64,000 bases of DNA from Minisyncoccota bacterium (lineage in GTDB: Bacteria; Patescibacteriota; Minisyncoccia; Phycocordibacterales; CSBR16-193), in assembly GCA_040905715.1 (NCBI GenBank), contig JBBDRA010000003.1:135075-199074 (forward strand). The letters run 5' to 3'. Below, piece after piece: positions 9,638-19,446 of this stretch (position 1 is the stretch's first letter; each line of letters begins with the position of its first letter). Made by a program: the position numbers and the translations under genes. The notes under the pieces were generated by a model. The model was given only the letters and a program-made list of their open reading frames with translations. It was not told where the DNA came from and made no database searches.

Positions 9638-10840
9638 CTAGTCTTTTTTAATTCGCTTTTCTTCAAGAGAAAGGTTGCCAATAGCTTGGATCTGGCTAGG
9701 GTCTTGAAGTATAAGTGAAGGGTCGTATTGTGAGCGAATCCATCCAGCTAGGGCGATCATGAGCGCGTTGTCGCCGGTGAGTGCACGTGAGGCAATATGT
9801 GCCTCTGGAAGGCCACTATGAGCCTTAAATGAGCTTATAAGGCGTGTATTAGCGGCTACTCCTCCGGCAATAAGGATAGAGGATGCTCCATACGCATCAC
9901 ATGCACGCTCTGTTTTGGTCAGGAGGGTTTCAACGACTGCATCTTCAAATTCTCGAGATATACCCTGCTTTTGTTTATCAGTAAGTTCAGCAGTCGACTC
10001 GGCGATCTTTATGTTTTCTATGCCGTTGCGTACGGCTGTTTTTATTCCGGAAAAAGAGAAATTAAGATCGCCGGAGTTAAGCATTGGCCGAGGAAGAGCG
10101 AAGGGCGATGCGGTATCATCTTCACGTGCTTGTGTTGCCAGTTTTGATATTTCCGGACCTCCCGGATAGGGAAGCCCTAGCAAGCGCGCCACCTTGTCGA
10201 ATGCTTCTCCCGCAGCGTCGTCTACCGTCTGGCCAATGATCGAGTAGTCGCCCCAGGCTTTGATGAATACAAGCTCAGTGTGACCACCTGATACAAGAAG
10301 CGCGAGAGCGGGAAATTCTATTTTGCGTAATGGCTGCGCGGTGGCGCTTGCGGGGTCTTCTATAAGAAGGGAGGATATATGCCCTTCCATGTGGTTGACC
10401 GGTATTACCGGTACCTGCCAAGCGGCGCTGAGTGACTTGGCAAGATTGATACCAACCCAAAGCGTTGGTTCCAGGCCGGGGCCGTGTGTGACAGCGACAG
10501 CATCGATGTTTGGCTTGGGAGTTTTGGATAGGAAGGCGAGAAGAGCTTCGGCGAGTCCGGTCTCTCGAGCAAGTAGTTCGGTTATCTGGTTTTGTACCGT
10601 TTGTGATATATCGGGGACAGATGTGCCGAGAGCGGTTTTTTCAAGTGTCTTTTTTATAAGAGGAACAGCGTTTTGTGCATGCTCACGCTTTGCCAGGGAA
10701 GGAAAGACGCCGCCGTACTCTCGGTGAATGTCAATCTGGGAGAGTATCTCGTGGGCGTGTATTGTGACCGATGAACCGTCGATGTCGATTAATGCAAAGG
10801 AGGTTTCATCACAGCTTGTTTCGATCGAGAGAAGCTTCAT
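9638..10840 (-). CDS. tsaD: tRNA N6-threonylcarbamoyladenosine synthase TsaD
   Basis: IETSCDET, YGGVFP..A.REH, NHMEGH, SGGHT, DDAAGEAFDK, FSFSG.KT and DNALMI motifs. Confidence 0.97.
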   Translation of the reverse strand: MKLLSIETSCDETSFALIDIDGSSVTIHAHEILSQIDIHREYGGVFPSLAKREHAQNAVPLIKKTLEKTALGTSVPDISQTVQNQITELLARETGLAEALLAFLSKTPKPNIDAVAVTHGPGLEPTLWVGINLAKSLSAAWQVPVIPVNHMEGHISSLLIEDPASATAQPLRKIEFPALALLVSGGHTELVFIKAWGDYSIIGQTVDDAAGEAFDKVARLLGLPYPGGPEISKLATQAREDDTASPFALPRPMLNSGDLNFSFSGIKTAVRNGIENIKIAESTAELTDKQKQGISREFEDAVVETLLTKTERACDAYGASSILIAGGVAANTRLISSFKAHSGLPEAHIASRALTGDNALMIALAGWIRSQYDPSLILQDPSQIQAIGNLSLEEKRIKKD

Positions 10841-11529
10841 AGGTAATTATCTATAACTTTGTTGCAATAGCGGTTGAACAGATGTTTCAGCCTCCTTTGT
10901 ATATGAATGTTGCCACACCTTACATGGCAAACCCCTTTATAGTAAGAATAAGTTTTCGATCCTTTTGTTCTAAGATCTTTGGATACAGTGGTAAAATTTT
11001 TCAGAGGTAACTTGAGCTGTTGTGACCAATAGTGTTTGATCGTATCAGGGTCTTGGTCTGCCCGAATATTAAGTTCACAACGTATTTGACTATCTTCGAT
11101 TCTGTAAAGTTTTCTCAGGCTGGCTATGAAAAACTTTAGCACAAAGGGATCTGAATTTCCGAGTGCCGTTTCCCCATTTCTTTTTGAACCTTCACCTAAA
11201 TAGAGAAGAGCAAGAGAAAGTTCTAAAAAAGTTTCTTGCGTCGTATCTATTTTTTCGAACACCTCTTCTGCTTCCTTTTGGGCGTGGGCGATTCTTTTCT
11301 CCTTTTCGTTCTTATGCCATTGCGTAGCCTTTTTTCGAGCTTCAACAAGACCTCTTTCCCATCTTTTGCGTAACTGGTCTTGGTGTTTTTTAGAAATCTT
11401 TATATCTTTGAACCATCCACTAAGAGTGGAACGGGGTATACCAAGCTTGACTTCGATATCTCGTATAGAATTTCCCGATTGGCGCAGAAGCAAAGCTTTT
11501 TCTTTTTTATGGAACCACTTAGACTGCAT
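10837..11529 (-). CDS. HTH domain plus single-motif LAGLIDADG-like protein
   Basis: N-terminal HTH (GNSIRDIEVKLGIPRSTLSGW); LALLYLGEGSK...GNSDP.VLKFF...YWS motif. Confidence 0.65.
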   Translation of the reverse strand: MQSKWFHKKEKALLLRQSGNSIRDIEVKLGIPRSTLSGWFKDIKISKKHQDQLRKRWERGLVEARKKATQWHKNEKEKRIAHAQKEAEEVFEKIDTTQETFLELSLALLYLGEGSKRNGETALGNSDPFVLKFFIASLRKLYRIEDSQIRCELNIRADQDPDTIKHYWSQQLKLPLKNFTTVSKDLRTKGSKTYSYYKGVCHVRCGNIHIQRRLKHLFNRYCNKVIDNYL

Positions 11530-11579
11530 GTATACAGTATATCATCTATGGTTCCAATACTTGATGTGGAAAAGAAATG

Positions 11580-11653
11580 TGGGCGTGATAGGAGTTGAAC
11601 CTATGACCTCCTGCGTGTCGAGCAGACGCTCTAACCAACTGAGCTACACGCCC
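11580..11653 (-). tRNA. tRNA-Val(GAC)
   Basis: Cloverleaf GGGCGTG...CACGCCC-A; anticodon loop TC-GAC-AC. Confidence 0.9.
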
Positions 11654-11658
11654 GCGTG

Positions 11659-11730
11659 TGACCCCACGGGGAATCGAACCCCGATTTTAAGCTTGAAAAG
11701 CTCACGTCCTAACCGTTAGACGATGGGGTC
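11659..11730 (-). tRNA. tRNA-Glu(TTC)
   Basis: GACCCCA...TGGGGTC-A; anticodon loop TT-TTC-AA. Confidence 0.95.
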
Positions 11731-11798
11731 AGAACGAAATTATCCTATCATTTTTTTGCGATAAATGCCAAAATTTGCTACTTTTGATACACCAATTT

Positions 11799-11881
11799 GG
11801 AGGGGTCGGATAATGGCTATTCCACCGCTTTCGAAAAGCGGCGCCTTCACGGGCTTGCGGGTTCGAGTCCCGCCCTCTCCG
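11799..11881 (+). tRNA. tRNA-Ser(CGA)
   Basis: GGAGGGG...CCTCTCC-G, long variable arm, anticodon loop TT-CGA-AA. Confidence 0.93.
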
Positions 11882-12190
11882 CAGTAAAAATTTAGTATCG
11901 GAAGACCCGAATACCCTTATTTTTAGGGATTTCTAGAAACCGATGAAAGTGCAAAAAGTTCGAACCTTTGTGGGGCAGTAGTCACGTGATATAGACAGTG
12001 TCTCCTGAAATAACCATATTTTGCAATGCATATTTAGAACGAGTCATGGGTTCGAACTTTTGTGATTTTTGCTAAAAACAATAAAGTTCTATTTCAAGCC
12101 ATATTTTCAGTTCGAATCTTAGAGACTTTTTTTCCGACATTGATTCCTCGCTCGATTGACTAAGGGTATATTTTCAATAGAATTAAAATA

Positions 12191-13132
12191 ATGTTGCTAG
12201 ACGCTTATAAAAAAATGTTCCTTATTCGAATTGCAGAGGAACAATTGGCTGATTATTATCTTAAAAATAAGATAATGAGCCTCGTTCATTTTTATGTTGG
12301 GCAGGAAGCGATAGCGGTCGGGGTATGTGATGCTTTACATAAAAATGATCGTGTTATGGGTAATCATCGATCCCATGGACACTATTTGGCTAAAGGGGGC
12401 GATCTTAAAAAAATGGTATGTGAATTGTTCGGAAAGGAATGTGGTTCGTCACATGGTAAAGGTGGCTCAATGCACATGATTGATACTTCAGTTAATTTCA
12501 TTGGATCAACACCAATTCTATCTAGCGCTGTACCGCTTTCATGCGGTAGTGCGCTTGAACAAAAATATCACAAAAGCGACATGATAACAGTCGTGTTTTT
12601 GGGTGACGGCGCATTTGAAGAAGGAGGTGTATATGAATCTTTGAATTTGTCCACGCTTTTTAAATTACCACTACTTATCGTTCTTGAGAATAATCTCCGG
12701 TCTATTGACACACGTCTTTGGGAACGTCGATCTTCCGCACACGATACTAAAAAGATCGTTACTGGATTTGGAGTGCAATATGTAAAAGCTGATGGGAATG
12801 ATTATTTAGATGTAGTAGGAAAAGTTAGAAAGCTTATTCCTGAAGTGCGCGAAGGAAAACCTGCTCTTATTGAGTGTATGACTTATCGTCATATGGCACA
12901 CAGCGGACCAACTTTTGAGGAAGAAACCCGCGAGGAGGATACTATAGAACAACGAAAGGAAAACGATTCAGTATTGAAGATTAGACAAAAAATACTCGAT
13001 TCAGGAATCACGGAGGAAGAGGTTATTGCCGTGGAGAATAATATTAAAAAAACTGTTACCAATGCCATCGTGTTTGCTAAGAGGGCACCTTTTCCGAAGA
13101 AAGAAAGCTTATACACCGATCTTTATGTCTAA
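12191..13132 (+). CDS. TPP-dependent dehydrogenase E1 alpha subunit (PDH/acetoin dehydrogenase-like)
   Basis: GQEA, HRSHGH, GKGGSMH, GDGA..EG..N TPP motif, TYR...HS. Confidence 0.9.
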   Translation: MLLDAYKKMFLIRIAEEQLADYYLKNKIMSLVHFYVGQEAIAVGVCDALHKNDRVMGNHRSHGHYLAKGGDLKKMVCELFGKECGSSHGKGGSMHMIDTSVNFIGSTPILSSAVPLSCGSALEQKYHKSDMITVVFLGDGAFEEGGVYESLNLSTLFKLPLLIVLENNLRSIDTRLWERRSSAHDTKKIVTGFGVQYVKADGNDYLDVVGKVRKLIPEVREGKPALIECMTYRHMAHSGPTFEEETREEDTIEQRKENDSVLKIRQKILDSGITEEEVIAVENNIKKTVTNAIVFAKRAPFPKKESLYTDLYV

Positions 13133-14165
13133 TAGAATTATCACATACACTGAAGCAATTAAAGAAGCCACAGACCAAATAATGGATGTGGATCATAATG
13201 TTGTTGTTATGGGACTCGAAGTTTCATATAAAAATGGTGCAGACGGAACAACGGCCGGACTTAAGAAAAAATATCCTCACCGCATAATTGAAACACCTCA
13301 ATCAGAAAATGCAGTAACAGGAATGGCAGTTGGCGCTGCTATAACAGGCCTTCATCCTATTGTGCATCATGGCCGAGTTGAGTTCGCGCTCTTTGCTGCT
13401 GATCAAATATTTACACAGGCTGCGAAGTGGAATTATATGTTTGGCGGTGGACATCCTGTTCCAGTTGTGTTTAGGATAAACATCGGTCGTCAGTGGGGTC
13501 AGGGTCCTCAGCATACACAAGCTCTCTATTCACTCTTTGGTAACGCGCTTGGTATTAAAGTCGTTATTCCTTCTACGCCATCTATGGCAAAGGGTCTACT
13601 TATCTCGGCGGTTCGTGATAAAAATCCTGTAGTTATATTGGAGCCACGTTGGCTTTTTTCTTTGAAACAAAACGTGTCAATTGAATCATATGATAAACCG
13701 CTGGATAAAGCTGTTGTGGTGAATGAGGGAGCGGATGTTACAATTGTTGCTTATGGGGATGGTTTAATCGCGGCACATGAAGCTTTAGAACTGATTGGTG
13801 ATGATGTCGGCGTGGATCTTATAGATCTTGTTTCTATAAATCCGATTGATTATGAAACCGTCTATAAATCAGTAAAAAAAACAGGTCGAATTATCACAAT
13901 TGATACTACAAATCACGCCTTTAGTGTTGGCTCAGATATAATTTCTAATGTTGCGCAACAGAAGTTGCTACATTTGAAGAATATTCCAATTTCAATTTCT
14001 TGCCCCGATGTTCCGGTTCCGACATCAACAATACTGACTGAATCTTATTACCCAACCAAAGTGGACATTGCTAATACTGTGTTACGTCAATTGGGTAAAC
14101 CTACCATTAAGCACGATCTAACTTTTGAAGAAATTCACACTTCTCCTAATTACATTATTAAATAA
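13125..14165 (+). CDS. TPP-dependent dehydrogenase E1 beta subunit
   Basis: ATG at 13125 overlaps the alpha stop; TP.SENA.TG.A.GAA..G, DQI...AAK, G.QH.Q and D.NPV..LE motifs. Confidence 0.9.
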   Translation: MSNRIITYTEAIKEATDQIMDVDHNVVVMGLEVSYKNGADGTTAGLKKKYPHRIIETPQSENAVTGMAVGAAITGLHPIVHHGRVEFALFAADQIFTQAAKWNYMFGGGHPVPVVFRINIGRQWGQGPQHTQALYSLFGNALGIKVVIPSTPSMAKGLLISAVRDKNPVVILEPRWLFSLKQNVSIESYDKPLDKAVVVNEGADVTIVAYGDGLIAAHEALELIGDDVGVDLIDLVSINPIDYETVYKSVKKTGRIITIDTTNHAFSVGSDIISNVAQQKLLHLKNIPISISCPDVPVPTSTILTESYYPTKVDIANTVLRQLGKPTIKHDLTFEEIHTSPNYIIK

Positions 14166-14346
14166 ATTGAACAAAAGATATTTATAAATAACATAAAATA
14201 AAAATTGATTTCATCCACTCGGACTTATCTATCTTCGATGTTTTGTGGTTTATATAGCTATTAATTACAAATCTATCAAAAGCGATAGGGGTGCTTAGAG
14301 ATTACATTTTACTATAGACTTAGGTAATGTTTTATGGTACTATAAT

Positions 14347-15921
14347 ATGGAAAATATGGAAAATAATAAACAAAAGTTTATAAGAGATAAAAACCTCCCT
14401 AAATCTATACGATCTGTAGTCCGCATGTATCCATCTAATCAGATCAACAGATTGTTCTATGGCGGACTACCTCACTTGGGTAATACACTTTTGAACTCTT
14501 GGAAATCTGTTGAAATACAAGAAGCCGCCAAAGTGTACGATGAGTATAGTCTATCCACAAACCTTCTCATTAGAGGCTTCAAGGAGCCTACGGTAGATAA
14601 AGTAAGATTAGGTGTCGGCAGTCCTGCACGTTTTAAGCCTTTTGATAGGTGTCTTGCGGGTATTAAAAATGCCTTGAAAGATAGAATTCTTTCTGACTAT
14701 CAATTAGCTGCGGGATATAGTGAGGATAAAAAACCAGTCATGAGATACTTAAAAGTTTCTCATGACTTAGAAACAAATGAGAATAATATTATTTTTACAC
14801 ATTCAAGTACACAGGCATTTACTCTTGTAATGGAAGCCATACTAGATTATGGAGATGTTGTTATTATGACAGCTCCTAATTATGGTCTTTTTTCTTTTAT
14901 CCCAGAAAGAGTTGGGGGTAAAGTCAGGCTTTTACCTCTTACGAGCACTGACAATTGGAAGATAAACCCTCAAGATCTAAAAAAACTCATTTCTAATACT
15001 AATGATGAACTTAAACAAGATTATGATGTGAATCGTGAAAAATATGTTTTAAGACGTTCTGATATAGCACCAAAAGTTTCTGCTTTTCTCAATTTAAATC
15101 CACATAACCCAACAGGGGTCGTTTATAGTAAAAAAGATGAGTCATTATTATTAGAAATTTCTAATATTTGCAAGGCCGCTGGTGTATTTATTATAGATGA
15201 TTTAGCTTATTCTGGTTTAGAATTTGATAGAAGTTCTACTGCATTACCCATGAATAGTTTAAAAGATCACTTTGAGAATACAATATCATTGTACTCTCTT
15301 TCTAAATCTTACGGGTTAGCTGGTTTAAGATCGGGTATGATCATTGCTAATGAGGTGATTATCTCTTTAATAAGAGATAAAATTTTTCAGAATCTAGATT
15401 CGTTGTCTTTACTGCAATCGGCAGCCATGAGTTCAACCTTCTTAATTGAGGATGATGCCACTACAGAAAAAGAGAAGTACTTTACTGATATTGCTAAGAA
15501 ATATTATGAGAGATATGTTTTTGCAAAATCAATTATTATAGGAGCTGATAAAATTAAAAGGAAAGAGAGAATACTTCTTAAGAAAATAATTCGTAATAAT
15601 AATCTTATTCTTGATATCGATAAATCTATGAGTGGTATCAAGGAGGTTAGTATAATACTTGATCCAGAATCAGGATTTTTTGTTCTTTTAGATTTTAGTA
15701 AATTGATTGGAAAATCTTATAAAGGATTTAAAATTACTGATGATACGACCTTGTTACAGTTTCTATACACCTCAGGCAATATTAAATTATTGACAGGCAA
15801 AGCATTTTGTTGGCCTAATCAAGACCAACTTGTTGCAAGAGTAACTATTGCATTTGATGACTACGAAGAATTACTGAAATCTTTCTTACGCCTCAAATCA
15901 TCTATAGAATTATTAAAATGA
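14347..15921 (+). CDS. PLP-dependent class I/II aminotransferase-fold enzyme with insertions
   Basis: NPHNPTG, IIDDLAY and SLSKSYGLAGLRSG (Schiff-base Lys); 524 aa, longer than usual. Confidence 0.88.
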   Translation: MENMENNKQKFIRDKNLPKSIRSVVRMYPSNQINRLFYGGLPHLGNTLLNSWKSVEIQEAAKVYDEYSLSTNLLIRGFKEPTVDKVRLGVGSPARFKPFDRCLAGIKNALKDRILSDYQLAAGYSEDKKPVMRYLKVSHDLETNENNIIFTHSSTQAFTLVMEAILDYGDVVIMTAPNYGLFSFIPERVGGKVRLLPLTSTDNWKINPQDLKKLISNTNDELKQDYDVNREKYVLRRSDIAPKVSAFLNLNPHNPTGVVYSKKDESLLLEISNICKAAGVFIIDDLAYSGLEFDRSSTALPMNSLKDHFENTISLYSLSKSYGLAGLRSGMIIANEVIISLIRDKIFQNLDSLSLLQSAAMSSTFLIEDDATTEKEKYFTDIAKKYYERYVFAKSIIIGADKIKRKERILLKKIIRNNNLILDIDKSMSGIKEVSIILDPESGFFVLLDFSKLIGKSYKGFKITDDTTLLQFLYTSGNIKLLTGKAFCWPNQDQLVARVTIAFDDYEELLKSFLRLKSSIELLK

Positions 15922-16790
15922 AAATATATATTGTCTCATCAGAAAAGCACGCAGGAAAAATCCAAGAGGATGTTTATATGCGTGATGTTTACAGGAATAA
16001 TGGTTTTTCTTGCGAAATTCGCATCTTAAAAGACATTGTAAAGATCTCAAAACCCTTTGATGTGGTAATTTTAAAAAGTATCTGGGGATATCACTTACAT
16101 CATCGTGATTTTCTAAAGCAGATATTAATACTCAAGAAAAAAAATATTAAACTAATAAATGATTATGATTTTATTTTTTGGAATATTGACAAATATAAGT
16201 ACTTAGAGGAATTAAAGGACGTAAATGTAATTCCAACCACACTACTTAATTTTAAAAATACAAAGAAAAAATCAGAGATTATAGATATAATATTACAAAC
16301 AAATACAACATTAAATACGGATGTATTAGTTATTAAGCCTTGTATTTCAGAAAGTGGGTACTTAACACTTAAATACGATAAAGCAAAAGATAATAAAATT
16401 ATTATTTCCTCACTACAAAAGAATAAACAACTTAATTTTATTGCACAACCATATAGATCCAGTGTCTTGTCTGGAGAGATTTCCGTAGTTGTAATCAATG
16501 GAGTTCCTTTATACGGTATAAAGAGATTTCCTGGAATTTTTTGCGAAAAATTAAATCCAGTCTATATAAAGTTTGATAGTTTACCAATTACTATAAAAAA
16601 AGAAGTGAACGTATTAGGATCGTTTTTCTTAGCCAAGTTTGGTAGTTATCCTAATATATGCAGAATTGATTTCTTGAAGTTTAATACTACTTATGAAGTT
16701 TTGGAGGTAGAATTGATAGATCCTGATTTATTCTTTAGGTACACACCAGACAGTTTGAGAGAAAAAGCAACTCTCATGATTAATAAATAA
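15918..16790 (+). CDS. ATP-grasp protein (RimK/DcsG-like)
   Basis: KSIWGY, WNIDK.KYL, VIKP.IS.SG, QPY, GEISV, RIDF and EVELIDP.LF motifs; ATGA overlap with the PLP gene. Confidence 0.8.
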   Translation: MKIYIVSSEKHAGKIQEDVYMRDVYRNNGFSCEIRILKDIVKISKPFDVVILKSIWGYHLHHRDFLKQILILKKKNIKLINDYDFIFWNIDKYKYLEELKDVNVIPTTLLNFKNTKKKSEIIDIILQTNTTLNTDVLVIKPCISESGYLTLKYDKAKDNKIIISSLQKNKQLNFIAQPYRSSVLSGEISVVVINGVPLYGIKRFPGIFCEKLNPVYIKFDSLPITIKKEVNVLGSFFLAKFGSYPNICRIDFLKFNTTYEVLEVELIDPDLFFRYTPDSLREKATLMINK

Positions 16791-16803
16791 TTTATAATTA
16801 ACT

Positions 16804-17274
16804 ATGTATAGAAAAGGAGTTTCAGCAATTATAGTCAACCAAGAGAATGAGTTTCTCTTGGTTAATTTAGAATCTTTTGAGGAGAAGTATTTTGCTATTC
16901 CGGGTGGTGGAGTTGAGCAGGAAGAAGAACTAAAAGATGCTGTGTATAGAGAAATAGAAGAAGAGTTGAATATAGAGAAAAAATCTCTTTTACTGATTGG
17001 AAAAAGTAATTTACCAGTAATGATTAAATTTAAAACCATTAAGTTTAATGATGGTGGTAAAGAATTTGATGGAATGGAAAGATATTTTTTCGGATTTAAA
17101 TTTATTGGTGATGATAAGATAATAACCCCGAACCCCGGAGAGGTGCGAACTTACAAATGGGTTGCGTACGACAATTTGAAAGACTATCTTTTATTTGATA
17201 ATCAATTAGAAGAAACAACAGAAAAAATACTTGAAATATTCAGCACGGAAATAACCCCTAACAAAGGATCATAA
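16804..17274 (+). CDS. NUDIX hydrolase
   Basis: GGGVEQEEELKDAVYREIEEELNI Nudix box. Confidence 0.92.
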   Translation: MYRKGVSAIIVNQENEFLLVNLESFEEKYFAIPGGGVEQEEELKDAVYREIEEELNIEKKSLLLIGKSNLPVMIKFKTIKFNDGGKEFDGMERYFFGFKFIGDDKIITPNPGEVRTYKWVAYDNLKDYLLFDNQLEETTEKILEIFSTEITPNKGS

Positions 17275-17383
17275 ATATTATTATTTGACACCATAATCAT
17301 ATCGTGTTAATTTGTACATAGATTCATTATATGTTGTTCTGATTTTAAGATCTGTTCTTCACATCCAAAAACGGAGGTAAGTC

Positions 17384-18073
17384 ATGAAAGAAGTATCGAA
17401 AAGTTACGAAGAAGTTAAGACGATGCAGGAGTCCTTTTGGGAAACCATCCACAGCAGAGGCGAGTGGTGGGATTTGTGTTTCGTTCCCAACCCACTCGCC
17501 ACTGACCTTCAAGAAATTCTCCCAGCGAGATCAAAAATTTTGGAGGTCGGTTGCTCTTCAGGGAGAGATGCGAGGTACTTCGCATCTCATGGTCACTTCA
17601 TTGTGGCTATGGATTTTTCAAAAAATGCCTTGAAGCGAATGATGGATCACGCAAGAAAACAAGGCATTGATGTACAAATAACACCTGTACACAAAAACGT
17701 GGCGGAAGGTCTCCCTGATTTTCAGGCGGATTCAATTGATTGTTTCTATTCTCGGTCATCTCTTCATGTTGATGATGACACTATGGTGCAGTTGGCTAAA
17801 AAGATTAGCCTCTACACAAAAAAGGGTGGTATTATTGCTATCGAAGGAAGAACTGAGAATGACACCCCGATATTGGAAAGTGAGGATATCGGTGATGGGT
17901 TGGCAATCAATTGGAAGCAGGGAGGGCACCTACGACGCATTTGGAGAAAAGACTTTTGTATACAACTTGCGAAAGATCTTTCCTGGGAGATTATAACTCT
18001 CGAGGATCGTCATGATGATCTAGGAAACGAAAAGAACCTCCTGCGTTTTGTTGCCAAAAAAGGCTCTGTGTAA
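17384..18073 (+). CDS. class I SAM-dependent methyltransferase
   Basis: ILEVGCSSGRD motif I, MDFS, SLH; GGAGG RBS, own promoter (TTGACA near 17286) and terminator. Confidence 0.88.
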   Translation: MKEVSKSYEEVKTMQESFWETIHSRGEWWDLCFVPNPLATDLQEILPARSKILEVGCSSGRDARYFASHGHFIVAMDFSKNALKRMMDHARKQGIDVQITPVHKNVAEGLPDFQADSIDCFYSRSSLHVDDDTMVQLAKKISLYTKKGGIIAIEGRTENDTPILESEDIGDGLAINWKQGGHLRRIWRKDFCIQLAKDLSWEIITLEDRHDDLGNEKNLLRFVAKKGSV

Positions 18074-18091
18074 AATACAGAGCCTTTTTTT
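18061..18091 (+). terminator. intrinsic terminator
   Basis: aggctctgt-gtaaaat-acagagcc-ttttttt. Confidence 0.8.
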
Positions 18092-18153
18092 ATAATTTAT
18101 AATTTATTTTAAAGTCTGTATACTGATATGTAAGCATACGGAGCTAAATTTTT

Positions 18154-19380
18154 ATGAAAAGACCAACATTATTATTTGTAGAAGAATATGAAAATACACT
18201 ATCAAGGAGCGTGGTGTCAAACAGAACTATCAACTTAGTCTTGATAAGATTTAAGCAGAATATGTTCTTTAGTCAAACCCATCTCAAAAAAACATCTAAT
18301 ATTCCTTGTTTCGTTTTTAATAAAGCAGAATCCATGGAACATGAAGTTGAGAGGTTTAGAGAATTCTGTAATAAAAATGAAATTGTTGTTGACTATTTTT
18401 ATAATGACTCTGAATACAACCAAGAAGTGATCCAGAAGTTTGCTTCGTTACTTAGACTTCCCGGCGCTCTTAATGAGTATCAAGCTCTCTGTGTAAGAGA
18501 TAAAGCGGTAATGAAAGATAAAATGCAGGAACTTGGATATCGAACAATGCCATATCAAGAACTCAATTCCATTGATGATGCCTTGGAATTCTCAGAAAAA
18601 AACGATGGTTTCCCATTTATTATTAAATGGCGTAAAGGAATGTCATCGAAAGAAGTGTATAGGATTGAAAATAAGAATCAACTAGAATCATTACAGTTAG
18701 ATTATTCTACAGGGAGATTTATAGCGGAAACATACTGTCCTTACTTAATATGGAGCTTTGATTCCCTTATTCAGGACGGTGGGGTGGTTGGAACTTTTCT
18801 TACTTGGCTTCCATATACTAATCTTAGTTTCGCCGAGAAAAAGGATAAGTTTGCTCAGATTACAGTTGCAGAAGATCATGAGAATATTAAATTCGACGGA
18901 AGAAAAATAACCCAAGACATTATCAGTGAGTTTGGCTTGAAAAATGGATATATAGAAATTGAGTTTTTTGTTGACTCTCAAGGGCAGCCTATAATATGTG
19001 AGTTTGCATGGAGAACTGCTGGTGAACACATGTTGTCAAATCAAAGCATTGCGTTTGGGGTAGACGCTTGTTCTTTATTAACCGATATTGTGGTTGGAAG
19101 AAAAATACAGCCTCTTCCATTAAGTGGTAAACAGTGTGTCGGTGACATGTTCCTGCCGTTGACTAATGGAATTGTCGCTGAAATTTCTACATATCAGGAT
19201 TTAAGTGACCTTGCTGGGGTAATCGATGGAAACATTACATACAAGGCGGGAGATGTCATTGAGTCAAAAAGGCAATATACGAGTTGTGCTGGCTGGATTC
19301 AGGTTACTGGACAAACCCCTGAAGAGGTTTTAGATAGAATGTTAAAAGTATATGAAAAGTTTAAAATTGTCACAGTTTAA
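18154..19380 (+). CDS. ATP-grasp ligase (L-amino-acid ligase-like)
   Basis: RDKAVMK, FPFIIK....SS..V, FIAE, IEIEFF...P.ICEFAWR.AG motifs and a C-terminal LAL_C-like region. Confidence 0.8.
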   Translation: MKRPTLLFVEEYENTLSRSVVSNRTINLVLIRFKQNMFFSQTHLKKTSNIPCFVFNKAESMEHEVERFREFCNKNEIVVDYFYNDSEYNQEVIQKFASLLRLPGALNEYQALCVRDKAVMKDKMQELGYRTMPYQELNSIDDALEFSEKNDGFPFIIKWRKGMSSKEVYRIENKNQLESLQLDYSTGRFIAETYCPYLIWSFDSLIQDGGVVGTFLTWLPYTNLSFAEKKDKFAQITVAEDHENIKFDGRKITQDIISEFGLKNGYIEIEFFVDSQGQPIICEFAWRTAGEHMLSNQSIAFGVDACSLLTDIVVGRKIQPLPLSGKQCVGDMFLPLTNGIVAEISTYQDLSDLAGVIDGNITYKAGDVIESKRQYTSCAGWIQVTGQTPEEVLDRMLKVYEKFKIVTV

Positions 19381-19446
19381 TCAATCTATCGCAACATGTT
19401 TAATTATTAATAAACACCAGACGAAATATGGATAATAAAATTAGGT

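Noticed and set aside
12191-14165. Housekeeping pyruvate dehydrogenase (pdhA/pdhB)
   Set aside because: No E2/E3 nearby and located in an AT-rich island; substrate unknown, so no symbol was given
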